The notes: generated by a model from the letters alone, not told the origin. A stretch of DNA of 59,105 bases from a bacterium (GCA_963642995.1 CAVIIZ010000004.1:1-59105); one strand, 5' to 3'; counted from the stretch's first letter, positions 43,148 through 54,349 are shown. Made by a program: numbers and translations.

Positions 43148-43692
43148 TATTTGTCAGCACCACCTTCCGCAGCAGCTGCCTTCTTCTCCGCCTCGTGCTC
43201 TGCCTCTTCTTCGGCCTCGACGGCGCGCATATGCGCGAACTCGGCGGCATGCTCGGCCGCGAACTCGGCGGCGCGCTCGGCCGCGTCGGCGCGGAAGACC
43301 ATCTTGCACTTGATGGGGAGCTTGTTGATCGCAAGGCGCATGGCCTCGCGGGCGACCTCGGGCTCGACGCCGTCGATCTCGAACATGATGCGGCCGGGCT
43401 TCACGACGGCCACCCACTCCTCGGGGTTGCCCTTGCCCTTGCCCATGCGGGTCTCGGCGGGCTTTTTGGTGATGGGCTTGTCGGGGAATATGGTGATCCA
43501 CACGCGCCCGCCGCGCTTCATGTAGCGCGTCATGGCGATACGCGCGGCCTCGATCTGGCGGTTGGTGATCCAGTGGCGCTCGAGGGCCTGGATGCCGTAG
43601 GAGCCGAAATTGACCTTCGTGCCGCCCTTGGCCTGGCCTTTCATCGAACCGCGCTGCACCTTGCGGTGCCGTACACGTTTGGGCATCAACAT
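43147..43692 (-). CDS. rplP: 50S ribosomal protein uL16 with a ~45-aa Ala/Glu-rich C-terminal extension
   Basis: [11 protein letters not shown].. core of about 137 aa, followed by [48 protein letters not shown]. Confidence 0.93.
   Translation of the reverse strand: MLMPKRVRHRKVQRGSMKGQAKGGTKVNFGSYGIQALERHWITNRQIEAARIAMTRYMKRGGRVWITIFPDKPITKKPAETRMGKGKGNPEEWVAVVKPGRIMFEIDGVEPEVAREAMRLAINKLPIKCKMVFRADAAERAAEFAAEHAAEFAHMRAVEAEEEAEHEAEKKAAAAEGGADK
43235..43282. repeat. Tandem 24-bp duplication within the rplP tail
   Basis: GCGAACTCGGCGGCATGCTCGGCC (43235-43258) is followed by GCGAACTCGGCGGCGCGCTCGGCC (43259-43282), with 2 mismatches. Confidence 0.85.
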
Positions 43693-44405
43693 TAGCCGTT
43701 GCTCCTCTCACGACGTCCGCGGCCGCGGCGCTGCACGGAGCTGCCCTCGAGGGCAGGGTTGCTGCGCGTCTGGCCGGGGAGAACCTCGCCGTAGTACACC
43801 CACACCTTGATGCCGCACGAGCCCATCGTGGTGTTGGCGGTGGCGAATCCGTAATCGATCATCGCGCGCAGGGTGTGCAGGGGCACGCGGCCCTCGCGGT
43901 ACCACTCGCGGCGGCTCATCTCGGCGCCGCCGAGACGGCCCGAGCACTGGATGCGGATGCCCTTGGCGCCCGACTTGCGGGCCGACTGCACGGCCTTGCG
44001 CATCGCGCGGCGGAAAGCCACGCGGCCTTCCAGCTGCTCGGCGATGGACTGGGCGATGAGGTTGGCGTCCAGCTCGGGGCGCTTGACCTCGACGACCTCG
44101 ACGGAGACCTTGGACTCGGGGCCGGCGATCTTTTGCAGCTCGTGGCGCAAGGCGTCGACCTCGGCGCCCTTCTTGCCGATGACGATGCCGGGGCGCGCGG
44201 TGGTCAAGACGACCTTGACCGTCTCGCCGGCGCGCTCGATCTCGATGCGCGACAGGGCGGCCGAGGCCAGCTTCTTTTCGATGTGCCGGCGGATCTCGAT
44301 GTCGTTTTCCAGCGTGGACGCGTAGTCCTTGCCGGCGTACCAGCGGCTACGCCAGTTCTCGGTGATGCCGAGGCGGAAACCCGTCGGCTTTACCTTCTGA
44401 CCCAT
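43692..44405 (-). CDS. rpsC: 30S ribosomal protein uS3
   Basis: [13 protein letters not shown].. KH domain. The C-terminus is basic. Confidence 0.97.
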   Translation of the reverse strand: MGQKVKPTGFRLGITENWRSRWYAGKDYASTLENDIEIRRHIEKKLASAALSRIEIERAGETVKVVLTTARPGIVIGKKGAEVDALRHELQKIAGPESKVSVEVVEVKRPELDANLIAQSIAEQLEGRVAFRRAMRKAVQSARKSGAKGIRIQCSGRLGGAEMSRREWYREGRVPLHTLRAMIDYGFATANTTMGSCGIKVWVYYGEVLPGQTRSNPALEGSSVQRRGRGRRERSNG

Positions 44406-44408
44406 GCT

Positions 44409-44750
44409 CTAGGCCTCCTCTCGGTTCGCGACGACGATGGTGATGTGGCTCGTGCGCTTGTTGATCGGCGAGGCCGAGCCTTTCGCGCGCGGGCGGTAGC
44501 GCTTGATCGTGGGGCCTTCGTCGACGAAGGCGCGCTTCACGACGAGGCTCTCGGGGCGCAGGCCGTGGGCGGTCTGCGCGTTGGACGCGGCGGAGTTCAG
44601 CACCTTCAGCACGACCTCCGAGACGGCGCGCTCGGAAAAGCGCAGGGCCTCGATGGCGGCGGGCACCTCCTTGCCGCGGATCTGGTCGACGACCATGCGC
44701 GCCTTGCGGGGCGAGACGCGCACGTATTTGGCGATTGCCTGAGATTCCAT
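44409..44750 (-). CDS. rplV: 50S ribosomal protein uL22
   Basis: 113 aa, ..[11 protein letters not shown].. family sequence. Confidence 0.95.
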   Translation of the reverse strand: MESQAIAKYVRVSPRKARMVVDQIRGKEVPAAIEALRFSERAVSEVVLKVLNSAASNAQTAHGLRPESLVVKRAFVDEGPTIKRYRPRAKGSASPINKRTSHITIVVANREEA

Positions 44751-44766
44751 GCTCTCTCAACCCCTC

Positions 44767-45027
44767 CTAATCTGCGCGGTGGCCGCGGAACGTGCGCGTG
44801 GGCGAGAACTCGCCCAGCTTGTGCCCGACCATGGACTCGGTGATGTAGACGGGGACATGACGGCGCCCGTCGTGGACTGCGATCGTGTGGCCGACCATCT
44901 CGGGGAAGATGGTGGACGAACGGCTCCAGGTCTTGATGGCCTTTTTCTCGCCAGCCTCGTTCATCGCGACGATGCGCTCGAGGAGGCGCGGCTCGACATA
45001 GGGGCCTTTTTTGAGGCTTCTGCTCAT
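44767..45027 (-). CDS. rpsS: 30S ribosomal protein uS19
   Basis: [11 protein letters not shown].. family sequence. Confidence 0.97.
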   Translation of the reverse strand: MSRSLKKGPYVEPRLLERIVAMNEAGEKKAIKTWSRSSTIFPEMVGHTIAVHDGRRHVPVYITESMVGHKLGEFSPTRTFRGHRAD

Positions 45028-45054
45028 GTACTCTGCTCCTTTTCTTCGCGCGCT

Positions 45055-45885
<831 letters not shown>

Positions 45886-46018
45886 TTGCAAAACTCCTTC
45901 GTGTCCGATTGCCGAAAACGCCTGCCATGGGAAGGGGAGGCGGTGCATCCTCCCGAGCAGGTTCGACCCCGGTCCTACCACGGCTCCGGGCGTTTCTTCC
46001 AAAACGTCCGAAGCCCTT

Positions 46019-46051
46019 TCAAGAAACCCGCCCCGTAGCACCCGGGGCGGG
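46019..46051 (-). terminator. Terminator-like hairpin inside the ribosomal operon (rplW-rplB spacer)
   Basis: Minus strand: CCCGCCCCG-ggtgcta-CGGGGCGGG followed by TTTCTTGA. The 9-bp stem is perfect and starts about 13 nt after the rplW stop. Confidence 0.55.
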
Positions 46052-46063
46052 GACGTGCCGCAA

Positions 46064-46351
46064 CTAGTCTTGCTCTGCGAACAGCTCGATGGAATCGCCG
46101 TCGACCAAGGTGACGACCGCCTTCTTCCACGTGCGCGTGCTCCCCATACGGTAGCGGACGCGCTTGGGTTTGGGCTTGACGTTGGAGGTGTTCACCTTCA
46201 GCACCGTGACGCCGAAGATCTCCTCGACGGCATGGGCGATCTCGATCTTGTTGGCGGTCTTTGCCACCTCGAAGGTGTAGCGGTTGAGCGCCTGCATGTC
46301 CATGGAGCGCTCGGAGATGACCGGGCGGATGATGATGTCGCGTGCCAGCAT
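46064..46351 (-). CDS. rplW: 50S ribosomal protein uL23
   Basis: ATG 46351 ([14 protein letters not shown]..) shares one base with the rplD TAA. The rest of track ORF 46064..46573 is run-through. Confidence 0.93.
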   Translation of the reverse strand: MLARDIIIRPVISERSMDMQALNRYTFEVAKTANKIEIAHAVEEIFGVTVLKVNTSNVKPKPKRVRYRMGSTRTWKKAVVTLVDGDSIELFAEQD

Positions 46352-46974
46352 TACTGCAACACCCCCTCGACGTACTTGGCGGCGTTTTGGCTCATGACGA
46401 GCGCGCCGCAATCGAGCAGGTCGAGCGTGTTGGACTCGCTGGCGCCGATGACGCGCACCCCCTCGATGTTGCGGAAGGACAAAAACGTGTTCACGTCGTC
46501 GTCGTCGACCACGACGGTCGTGCGGCCGCAGACCCCGAGGGCCTTCAGGAAGGCGACGGCGTCTTTGGTGCACGGCTTGTCGAAGGAGAACTCCTGCACG
46601 ACGAACAGCTCGTCGTCGGCCGCCTTGCCGGAGAGCACCGAGCGCATGGCCAGCTTGACGACCTTGCTCGGCACCTTGAAGGCATACGAGCGGGGATGCG
46701 GCCCGAAGACCACGCCGCCGTGGCGGAACTGCGCCGCACGGGTCGTGCCCTGGCGGGCATGACCGGTGCCCTTCTGGCGAAACGGCTTGCGGCCGCCGCC
46801 GGAGACTCCCGCGCGGGTGAGGGTGGAATGCGTGCCCTGGCGTGCCGCGGCCTGCTGGCTGCGGACGACCTGGTGCATCGCGTGGGTGTTGGGCTCGATG
46901 GCAAAGACCGCGTCTGCCAGCGCAAGCGAACCGGCGGCCTTGCCCTTGGAGTCGACCATCTTGATGTCTGCCAT
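46351..46974 (-). CDS. rplD: 50S ribosomal protein uL4
   Basis: ..[18 protein letters not shown].. signature. Confidence 0.97.
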   Translation of the reverse strand: MADIKMVDSKGKAAGSLALADAVFAIEPNTHAMHQVVRSQQAAARQGTHSTLTRAGVSGGGRKPFRQKGTGHARQGTTRAAQFRHGGVVFGPHPRSYAFKVPSKVVKLAMRSVLSGKAADDELFVVQEFSFDKPCTKDAVAFLKALGVCGRTTVVVDDDDVNTFLSFRNIEGVRVIGASESNTLDLLDCGALVMSQNAAKYVEGVLQ

Positions 46975-46988
46975 GATCTACTCCTCCT

Positions 46989-47609
46989 TTACGCCATACG
47001 GATCTGGACGAGGGCGCCCTTGCCGCCGGGGACGGCGCCCTTGACCAAGATGAGGTTGTTGTCTGCGTCCACGCGCACGACGGAGAGGTTCTTCACCGTG
47101 ACGCGCTCGTTGCCCATGTGGCCGGGAAGGCGCATGCCCTTCCAGACGCGGGCGGGATAGGCGCACATGCCGACGGAGCCGGGTGCGCGGTGGAAGTGGT
47201 GGCCGTGGCCGCCCGGGCCGCCGCCGAAGCCGTGGCGCTTGATGACGCCGGCAAAGCCCTTGCCCTTGCTGATGCCGCTGACATCGACCTTTTCGACGTC
47301 GGCGAAGGCCTCGACCGTGAGCTTGTCGCCCACGTTGTGCTCGGAGGCGTCTTCGACGCGGACCTCGCGCAGATAGCGCATGGGCGCGACGCCGGCCTTG
47401 TCGAAGTGGCCTTTCATGGGCTTGTTGACGCGCTTTTCCTTGATGTCGCCAAAGCCGATCTGGACGGCCTCGTAGCCGTCGGTGGCCTTGGTCTTCACCT
47501 GCGAGACAACGCAGGGGCCTGCCTGGATGACCGTGACGGGGACGATCTCGTCGTCTTGCCCCCATACCTGGGTCATTCCCAGCTTGCGGCCGAGAATCGT
47601 GTTGACCAT
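46989..47609 (-). CDS. rplC: 50S ribosomal protein uL3
   Basis: [16 protein letters not shown].. family sequence. Confidence 0.97.
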   Translation of the reverse strand: MVNTILGRKLGMTQVWGQDDEIVPVTVIQAGPCVVSQVKTKATDGYEAVQIGFGDIKEKRVNKPMKGHFDKAGVAPMRYLREVRVEDASEHNVGDKLTVEAFADVEKVDVSGISKGKGFAGVIKRHGFGGGPGGHGHHFHRAPGSVGMCAYPARVWKGMRLPGHMGNERVTVKNLSVVRVDADNNLILVKGAVPGGKGALVQIRMA

Positions 47610-47804
47610 TCCTTGCCTTACTCTTCAGGCGATCTTGCAATACGGAGGCGTCCGGTATGCCCCGTGCAGCGGATCGCAGCTTCATCGCTCCTCCCCTTGC
47701 CCGCCAAAGCGCAGGCGCCGGAAGGCCGACCTTTCCTGCGGCGCAACGTCCTTGTCCGGACGCACGACGCACCATGCCCTTTTGGGCACAGCCCGTCCAC
47801 TATA
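47610..47804 (-). promoter_or_regulatory. Candidate promoter (-10 TATAGT) and ~190-nt structured leader of the rplC operon
   Basis: The minus strand has TATAGT (plus 47799-47804). Nested hairpins follow (GGACG..TGCCC-aaaa-GGGCA..CGTCC and others), then TAAGGCAAGGA before the rplC ATG. There is no convincing -35. Confidence 0.35.
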
Positions 47805-47933
47805 GGGCAACGGATGCGCGGATGCTAGAAAAATCTTAAATTCCACGCCCTCGGGCGTATCCTTTTTCGGCGAAAAAAGGGGCGCACATCTAGAACACGC
47901 GCCCGCACGAGGGGGGCGCGAGAGAGGCGCAGG

Positions 47934-47972
47934 CGCGAAAAGGGCGCGCGACCCGCGAAGAGCCACGCGCCC
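47934..47972 (-). terminator. Candidate terminator after argG
   Basis: Minus strand: GGGCGCG-N15-CGCGCCC followed by TTTTCGCG, about 90 nt after the argG stop. A second A/T-flanked hairpin pair (ACGCCC-ga-GGGCGT and CCTTTTT-N5-AAAAAGG) lies at 47845-47880. Confidence 0.5.
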
Positions 47973-48060
47973 CTTTCCCCTTCGGAGCTGCGGGAAAACG
48001 CCCGCTCCCGCGCATTCGGGCGCGCGCCGGCAGCGCGGCAAGACGCAGCGCCTTGCGCCC

Positions 48061-49275
<1,215 letters not shown>

Positions 49276-49295
49276 TTTTCGCATTTCCTCGCTTT

Positions 49296-49721
49296 CTATT
49301 TCTCCCTGCGCGCCGAGATCTTCTCCTCGACGTCTGCTCCGTCTTCTTCCGACGCCGCGGCGACGAATATGGTGTCGTCTCCGGCGATGGTCCCCAGCAC
49401 GCCGCCCAGCTCGGCCGCGTCGATGGCCGCCGCGACGCTCATGGCCGCGCCCGGCTCCGTCTTCACCACCACCTGGTTGCCCGCGCGGGCCACGTCGCGC
49501 ACGAGGGTGCGCACCATCTGCGAGAGGCGCAGGTCCTCGGGCAGCACGTAGGCGCCGTCTTCCTTGCGCAGGTCCATCTCGGCGATGTCGCGCGAGACGG
49601 TGGCCTGCGCGACGTCGAAGCCGCGCATGCCCAGCGCGTCGGCGAGCGCGCTTTGCGTGGCAAGCGGCGTCGCGCGCACTATCTCGCGTATGGCCTCGTG
49701 CCTGTCGCCCCTCACGCCCAT
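49296..49721 (-). CDS. argR: Arginine repressor
   Basis: wHTH ..TQSALADALGMRGFDVAQATVSRDIAEM.. and C-terminal oligomerisation/Arg-binding ..GTIAGDDTIFV.. ATG 49721 lies 10 nt after the argF stop. Confidence 0.93.
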   Translation of the reverse strand: MGVRGDRHEAIREIVRATPLATQSALADALGMRGFDVAQATVSRDIAEMDLRKEDGAYVLPEDLRLSQMVRTLVRDVARAGNQVVVKTEPGAAMSVAAAIDAAELGGVLGTIAGDDTIFVAAASEEDGADVEEKISARREK

Positions 49722-49731
49722 GCGCGCGCCC

Positions 49732-50673
49732 TCATGCCACGCCCAGCACGCACGAGAGCAGCGCCTTTTGCGCATGCAGGCGGTTTTCCGCCTCGTCGAA
49801 GACCACCGACGCCGGCCCGTCTATGACCTCGTCGGCCACCTCCTCGCCGCGATGCGCGGGCAGGCAGTGCATGAAGATGGCGTCCGGCGCCGCGCGGCGC
49901 ATGGCCGCCTCGTCCACCTGGAAGCCCTCGAAGGCCGCCAGGCGCGCGTCGTGCTCGGCCTCGTCGCCCATGGACGTCCATGTGTCCGTGACCACCACGT
50001 CGGCCCCGTCGAGCGCCGACAGGTCGTCGAAGAAGCGCAGCGAGCCGCCCGTCCTGCGGCAGCGGGCCACGCTCTCGGCCGCGACGCGCTCGTTCCACCA
50101 ATACCCCGCCGGGCAGCCGATGGCCACGTCCATCTTGGCCAGGGACGCGAGCTCCATGTAGGTGTTGGCCATGTTGTTGCCGTCGCCCACGTAGGCCAGC
50201 CTCACGCCTTCCAGGCGCCCCTTGTGCTCGAGTATGGTGAGCGCGTCGGCCAGCCCCTGGCAGGGATGGAAATCGTCGGTGAGGGCGTTTATCACGGGCA
50301 CCTCGGCCCAGTGCGCCACCTCGGCGACCTTGGACTGCTTGAAGGTGCGCAAGACGATGGCGTCCACGAAGCGCTCCAACACCAGCGTGGTGTCGTGGAC
50401 CGTCTCGCCGCGCGAGAACGCCGAGCGCTCGTCGCTCATCACGATGGGCTGCGCCCCCAGACGCGCGACCCCCACCTCGAAGCTCGTGCGCGTGCGCAAG
50501 CTGGGCTTCTCCATGATGATGGCAACGGCTTTGCCCGCACAGGTGCTCTCGCGGGCGCCGGTCTTCCAGGCGCGCTTTTGCCGCGCGGCCGTCTCGACGA
50601 CAAACGAGAATTCCTCGCTCGTCAAGTCCGCCAGGCGCAAGAGGTCGCGTCCGGCCAGGGTGTTCTCGCTCAT
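49732..50673 (-). CDS. argF: Ornithine carbamoyltransferase
   Basis: ..EKPSLRTRTSFE.., ..HPCQ.., ..HCLPA.. signatures. ATG 50673 overlaps the argD stop (ATGA) and lies 7 nt after GAGGAGG. The 1484-aa track ORF is run-through. Confidence 0.95.
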   Translation of the reverse strand: MSENTLAGRDLLRLADLTSEEFSFVVETAARQKRAWKTGARESTCAGKAVAIIMEKPSLRTRTSFEVGVARLGAQPIVMSDERSAFSRGETVHDTTLVLERFVDAIVLRTFKQSKVAEVAHWAEVPVINALTDDFHPCQGLADALTILEHKGRLEGVRLAYVGDGNNMANTYMELASLAKMDVAIGCPAGYWWNERVAAESVARCRRTGGSLRFFDDLSALDGADVVVTDTWTSMGDEAEHDARLAAFEGFQVDEAAMRRAAPDAIFMHCLPAHRGEEVADEVIDGPASVVFDEAENRLHAQKALLSCVLGVA

Positions 50674-51887
50674 CTGCATGCCTCCTCGTGGCATTCGGGA
50701 AGTTTGTCCACCAGCGCATCGACGTCTGCGCGTTCGATGACAAGCGGCGGCAAGAAGCGTAGCACGTCGTCTGCGGGCGCATTGAAGACAAGGCCGCGGT
50801 CCAGGCCGGCGCGCACGAGGGCATGGGCGCACGGCGCGTCGATGCTCGCCCCCACCATGAGGCCGGCGCCGCGCACCTGCGTGACGAAGGGCAGGGCGGC
50901 CAGGCGCTCGGACAGGTAGGCGCCCACGTCGGCCACATGCGCGCAAAAGCCCGGCTCGCACATGATCTGCGTCGTGGCGTCGGCGGCGGCCACGGCGAGG
51001 GCAGACCCGCCGAACGTCGAGCCGTGCATGCCGGGCTGCAGAAGCGAGCCCGCCTCGCCGCGCGCGGAGAACGCCCCCATGGGCACGCCGTTCGCGATGC
51101 CCTTTGCCATGGTCACCACGTCGGGGACGACGTCGAAGCGCTGAAAGCAAAACGGTTTTCCCGTGCGGGCAAGCCCCGTCTGCACCTCGTCGAGCACAAG
51201 CAGCATGCCGCGCTCTTCGGTGAGGCGGCGGGCCGCCTGCATGTACTCGCGCGTGCACGGCCACACCCCCGACTCGCCCTGCACGGGCTCGAGCAGAAGC
51301 GCCGCCGGACGCGTGCCGTCCACCTCGCCGTCCAAGGCCGCCTCCAAGGCGGCGACGTCGTTTAGGGGCACGTGCGAGAAACCGGGCGGCAGGGGCGCGA
51401 AGGGGTCTTGGAAGCGGTCTTGCGCCGTGGCGGCAAGCGTCGCGAGCGTGCGCCCGTGAAAGGAGCGCTTGGCCGTGACGATGCCCCAGGCGCCGCCCAG
51501 GCGCTCCTTGCCCCAGCGCCGCGCGAGCTTGACGGCGCCCTCGTTGGCCTCGGCGCCGGAATTCGCGAAGAAGGTCTTCCACTTCCCGCCGCCCGCCTTT
51601 CCTGCCAGCATCTTCGAGAGGCGCTCGGCCAGCTGCCCGCGCTTCTCGATGTAGAAGTAGTTGCTCACGTGCACGAGCTTTTCGGCCTGCTCGACGATGG
51701 CGGCCGTCACGCGCGGGTTGCAATGCCCCACCGACACCACCGCGATGCCGGCGAGGAAATCGAGGTACTCCCTGCCCGCATCGTCGAAGAGCCGCGTCAT
51801 CTCGCCGCGCACGAACCGGACGTCCTCGCGCCCGTAGGCGTGCATGAGGTAGCGCGCCTCGAGCTCCTTTTCCTGCGCCAAGCCCAT
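50670..51887 (-). CDS. argD: Acetylornithine aminotransferase
   Basis: Class III aminotransferase, ..DEVQTGLARTGK.. with PLP Lys in ..VVTMAKGIANG.. Confidence 0.95.
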   Translation of the reverse strand: MGLAQEKELEARYLMHAYGREDVRFVRGEMTRLFDDAGREYLDFLAGIAVVSVGHCNPRVTAAIVEQAEKLVHVSNYFYIEKRGQLAERLSKMLAGKAGGGKWKTFFANSGAEANEGAVKLARRWGKERLGGAWGIVTAKRSFHGRTLATLAATAQDRFQDPFAPLPPGFSHVPLNDVAALEAALDGEVDGTRPAALLLEPVQGESGVWPCTREYMQAARRLTEERGMLLVLDEVQTGLARTGKPFCFQRFDVVPDVVTMAKGIANGVPMGAFSARGEAGSLLQPGMHGSTFGGSALAVAAADATTQIMCEPGFCAHVADVGAYLSERLAALPFVTQVRGAGLMVGASIDAPCAHALVRAGLDRGLVFNAPADDVLRFLPPLVIERADVDALVDKLPECHEEACR

Positions 51888-51890
51888 CTC

Positions 51891-52871
51891 CTACTCCTTC
51901 CTGCCGATGGTCTGGATGGCCGCGTCGAGCTTGCTCGCGAAGTTGCTGACCGGCGCCTCGACGAAATCCGGGTCGACCGAGTCGTCGTCGCCGCGGCGTA
52001 TGAGCGTGCCCACGCCCTCGTCGGTGAATATCTCCAGCACCAGCGCGTGCGGCATCGTGCCGTTGATGATGTGCGCCTTTGCCACGCCGGCCGACAACGC
52101 CGTCACGCAGGCGTTTATCTTGGGGATCATGCCGGAAGACATCGTGGCGCCCTCCACCAGGTCGACGGCCTCGGACAAGGCCATGCGCGAGACGAGGGTG
52201 GACTTGTCGTCGAAGTCCGTGTAGAGGCCGTCCACGTCGGTGATGAAGACGATCTTCTGCGCGCCTATGCTCGCGGCCAGCTCGCCTGCCACCGTGTCGG
52301 CGTTGATGTTGTAGTCGCCGTCGGCGCCGTAGCCCACCGTCGCTATGACGGGAATGTAGTCGGCGGCGAGCAGGTCTTCGACCAGGCAGGTGTTCACGGC
52401 CTCGACGCGCCCCACGCGCCCGAGCGCGTCGGCGTCCAGGGGCTGCGCCTGGATGATCTTCGCGTCTGCGCCGTTCAATCCCACGGCGATGGCCCCGTGC
52501 CTGTTCACGGCGGCGACGAGCTCTTGGTTCACCTGCCCCACGAGCGTCATCTTCACCACCTCCATCGTGGCCTCGTCGGTGACGCGCTGGCCGCCCTCGA
52601 AACGGGTGGGGATGTCGAGACGCGAGAGCATGCCGTTGATGGCAGGCCCTCCGCCATGCACGATGATGGGGCTGGCGCCCATGAGCTTGAGCAAGATGAT
52701 GTCGTCGACCACCGCGTCGCGCAAAGGCCCGGATTGCATGGCCGCGCCGCCGTATTTGATCACGACCGTCTTGCCCGTGATGTCTTCTATCCAGGGCAGC
52801 GCCTCTATCAAGACCTTCGCGCGCGCCTCGAGGGAAAGCGCGGTCGTGCCTGCCTGCTCGCGAAACTTCAT
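51891..52871 (-). CDS. argB: Acetylglutamate kinase
   Basis: ..VVIKYGGAAM.. and ..IVHGGGP.. motifs. AAAGGAGGG lies upstream. Confidence 0.95.
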   Translation of the reverse strand: MKFREQAGTTALSLEARAKVLIEALPWIEDITGKTVVIKYGGAAMQSGPLRDAVVDDIILLKLMGASPIIVHGGGPAINGMLSRLDIPTRFEGGQRVTDEATMEVVKMTLVGQVNQELVAAVNRHGAIAVGLNGADAKIIQAQPLDADALGRVGRVEAVNTCLVEDLLAADYIPVIATVGYGADGDYNINADTVAGELAASIGAQKIVFITDVDGLYTDFDDKSTLVSRMALSEAVDLVEGATMSSGMIPKINACVTALSAGVAKAHIINGTMPHALVLEIFTDEGVGTLIRRGDDDSVDPDFVEAPVSNFASKLDAAIQTIGRKE

Positions 52872-52892
52872 ACGCGTGCGCCCTCCTTTTTC

Positions 52893-54158
52893 CTAGCTGC
52901 GGTAGTCGGCGTTGATGTGGATGTAGTCGTGGGTGAGGTCGCAGGTCCACACGCGCGCGCGCCCGCCGCCCTCGTGGAAGTTCACGTCGATGGCGATCTC
53001 GTCGCGCTCGAAGCGCTCTCGCGCCTCCTCTTCGGAAAACGGCTGCGCAAGCCCCGCCCGGCACACGGGCAGCCCCATGATGTCGATATCGCAGCGCTCC
53101 TGGACGAAATCCGCGCCCGACTTGCCCGCGGCGGCGGCGATGCGCCCCCAGTTGCAATCGCGGCCGGCGATGGCGGTCTTCACCAGCGGAGAATTGGCGA
53201 TGGCGCGGGCTGCCAGCTCGGCGTCGGCTGCGTTGCGCGCGCCGCGCACGCAGACGGTGACGAGCTTGGTCGCGCCCTCGCCGTCCGCCGCTATCTGCCG
53301 GGCCAGGTCCTCGCAGGTCGCCCGCAAGGCCGCCGCGAAGATGGAAAAGCGCCCGTCGTCGGCAGACTCGATCGCCGGGGCATGCGCCGCGCCGGCTGCC
53401 AGCAAGAAGACGCTGTCGTTGGTGGAGGTGTCGGAATCCACGGTGACCTTGTTGAAGGAGACGTCCACCGCCTGTTTCAGCGCAAGGGCCGCGACGGGCG
53501 CGGAGACGGGCACGTCGGCCGTGAGCACGGCCAGCATCGTGGCCATGTCCGGCGAGATCATGCCCGAGCCCTTGCACATGCCGCCCACCGTGCAGGCCCG
53601 CCCGTCCAGCTCGAAGGAGACGGCGCATTCCTTGGGGTGGGTGTCGGTGGTCATGATGGCGCATGCCGCGTCGTGGGCCGCCTCGGGCGTGGGGGCGGCG
53701 GCCTCGGCCAGCAACGGCACCCCCTCGGTGAAAGGCGAGGGGGACAAGGGCACGCCGATGACGCCCGTGGAGGCGACGAAGACCTCTGCGGCATCGCAGC
53801 CAAGGGATTTCGCCACGCAGGCGGCGCTGTGCCGCGCCACGTCCATGCCGGGCTGCCCGGTCGCGGCGTTCGCGTTGCCCGAGTTCAAGAGCACCGCACG
53901 CGCCTTGCCCCGTGCGGCCACCTCGCGCGAGAGCGCCACGGGGGCGGCGGCGAACCTGTTCTTGGTGAAGACGCCCGCCGCACAGGCAAGCCCCTCGTCG
54001 GCGACGACGAGAGCGGCGTCGAGGCGGCCCGGGTTCTTGCGAAAGCCCAGATGCAAGCCGGATGCGGAAAAGCCGGACGCGGCGCAAACCCCGCCGTCTG
54101 CATAGGAGAGCCTCGGGTCGGGCAGGGGCGCGTGCTCTATCTTCGTGTGCTGTTCCAT
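52893..54158 (-). CDS. argJ: Bifunctional ornithine acetyltransferase / N-acetylglutamate synthase ArgJ
   Basis: ..GMCKGSGMISPDMATMLAVLTTD-like autoprocessing site (..PDMATMLAVLTADV..). ATG 54158 (MEQHTKIEH..) has no clear SD. Upstream is an AT-rich operator/promoter region. Confidence 0.9.
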   Translation of the reverse strand: MEQHTKIEHAPLPDPRLSYADGGVCAASGFSASGLHLGFRKNPGRLDAALVVADEGLACAAGVFTKNRFAAAPVALSREVAARGKARAVLLNSGNANAATGQPGMDVARHSAACVAKSLGCDAAEVFVASTGVIGVPLSPSPFTEGVPLLAEAAAPTPEAAHDAACAIMTTDTHPKECAVSFELDGRACTVGGMCKGSGMISPDMATMLAVLTADVPVSAPVAALALKQAVDVSFNKVTVDSDTSTNDSVFLLAAGAAHAPAIESADDGRFSIFAAALRATCEDLARQIAADGEGATKLVTVCVRGARNAADAELAARAIANSPLVKTAIAGRDCNWGRIAAAAGKSGADFVQERCDIDIMGLPVCRAGLAQPFSEEEARERFERDEIAIDVNFHEGGGRARVWTCDLTHDYIHINADYRS

Positions 54159-54189
54159 AATGGCCGCATTGTGCGCTTGCCGGCATCGG

Positions 54190-54248
54190 TTTTCAATAAT
54201 TATTTTGAAATATGCGAAAATACTGCATGATTTGGCAAAAATATTCAC
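54190..54248. promoter_or_regulatory. arg operon control region: three consecutive AT-rich dyads, two of them ARG-box-like 18-mers spaced by 2 bp
   Basis: TTTCAATAATTATTTTGAAA (54190-54209), TATGCGAAAATACTGCAT (54211-54228) and TTTGGCAAAAATATTCAC (54231-54248, minus-strand GTGAATATTTTTGCCAAA). Possible promoters are TTGCCA-N18-CATATT and TTGAAA-N17-CACAAT on the minus strand. Confidence 0.45.
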
Positions 54249-54257
54249 TATACGTGC

Positions 54258-54292
54258 AAGAAACGAGCCCATACGCAAGGGGGACGCATGGG
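54258..54292 (-). terminator. Weak candidate terminator after ackA
   Basis: Minus strand: CCCATGCG-N9-CGTATGGG (one G-U pair) followed by CTCGTTTCTT. Confidence 0.35.
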
Positions 54293-54349
54293 CGATGCGG
54301 CGCGGCGGCAGGCGGCGCGCATCCGGCGGGCAGGCCGCGGGAAGGCGCC

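Noticed and set aside
47610-48060. Hidden rpsJ gene or an RNase P / other known ncRNA in the argG-rplC gap
   Set aside because: None of the six frames gives an S10-like sequence. GGAAAGGTCGGCC superficially resembles the RNase P P4 strand GGAAAGUCCGGGC, but the other universally conserved RNase P blocks are absent and the candidate transcript (~190 nt) is too short.
49732-54186. 1484-aa minus ORF, together with 52893..55709(-) 938 aa, 51372..54230(+) 952 aa and 32823..35102(-) 759 aa, as possible giant genes
   Set aside because: These are stop-free run-through frames. Only the 3' ends (argF, argJ, plsY) are protein-like. The upstream parts are R/G/A/H-rich and overlap well-supported genes (argD, argB, argJ, ackA, der) in other frames. 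The plus ORF is antisense to argD, argB and argJ.
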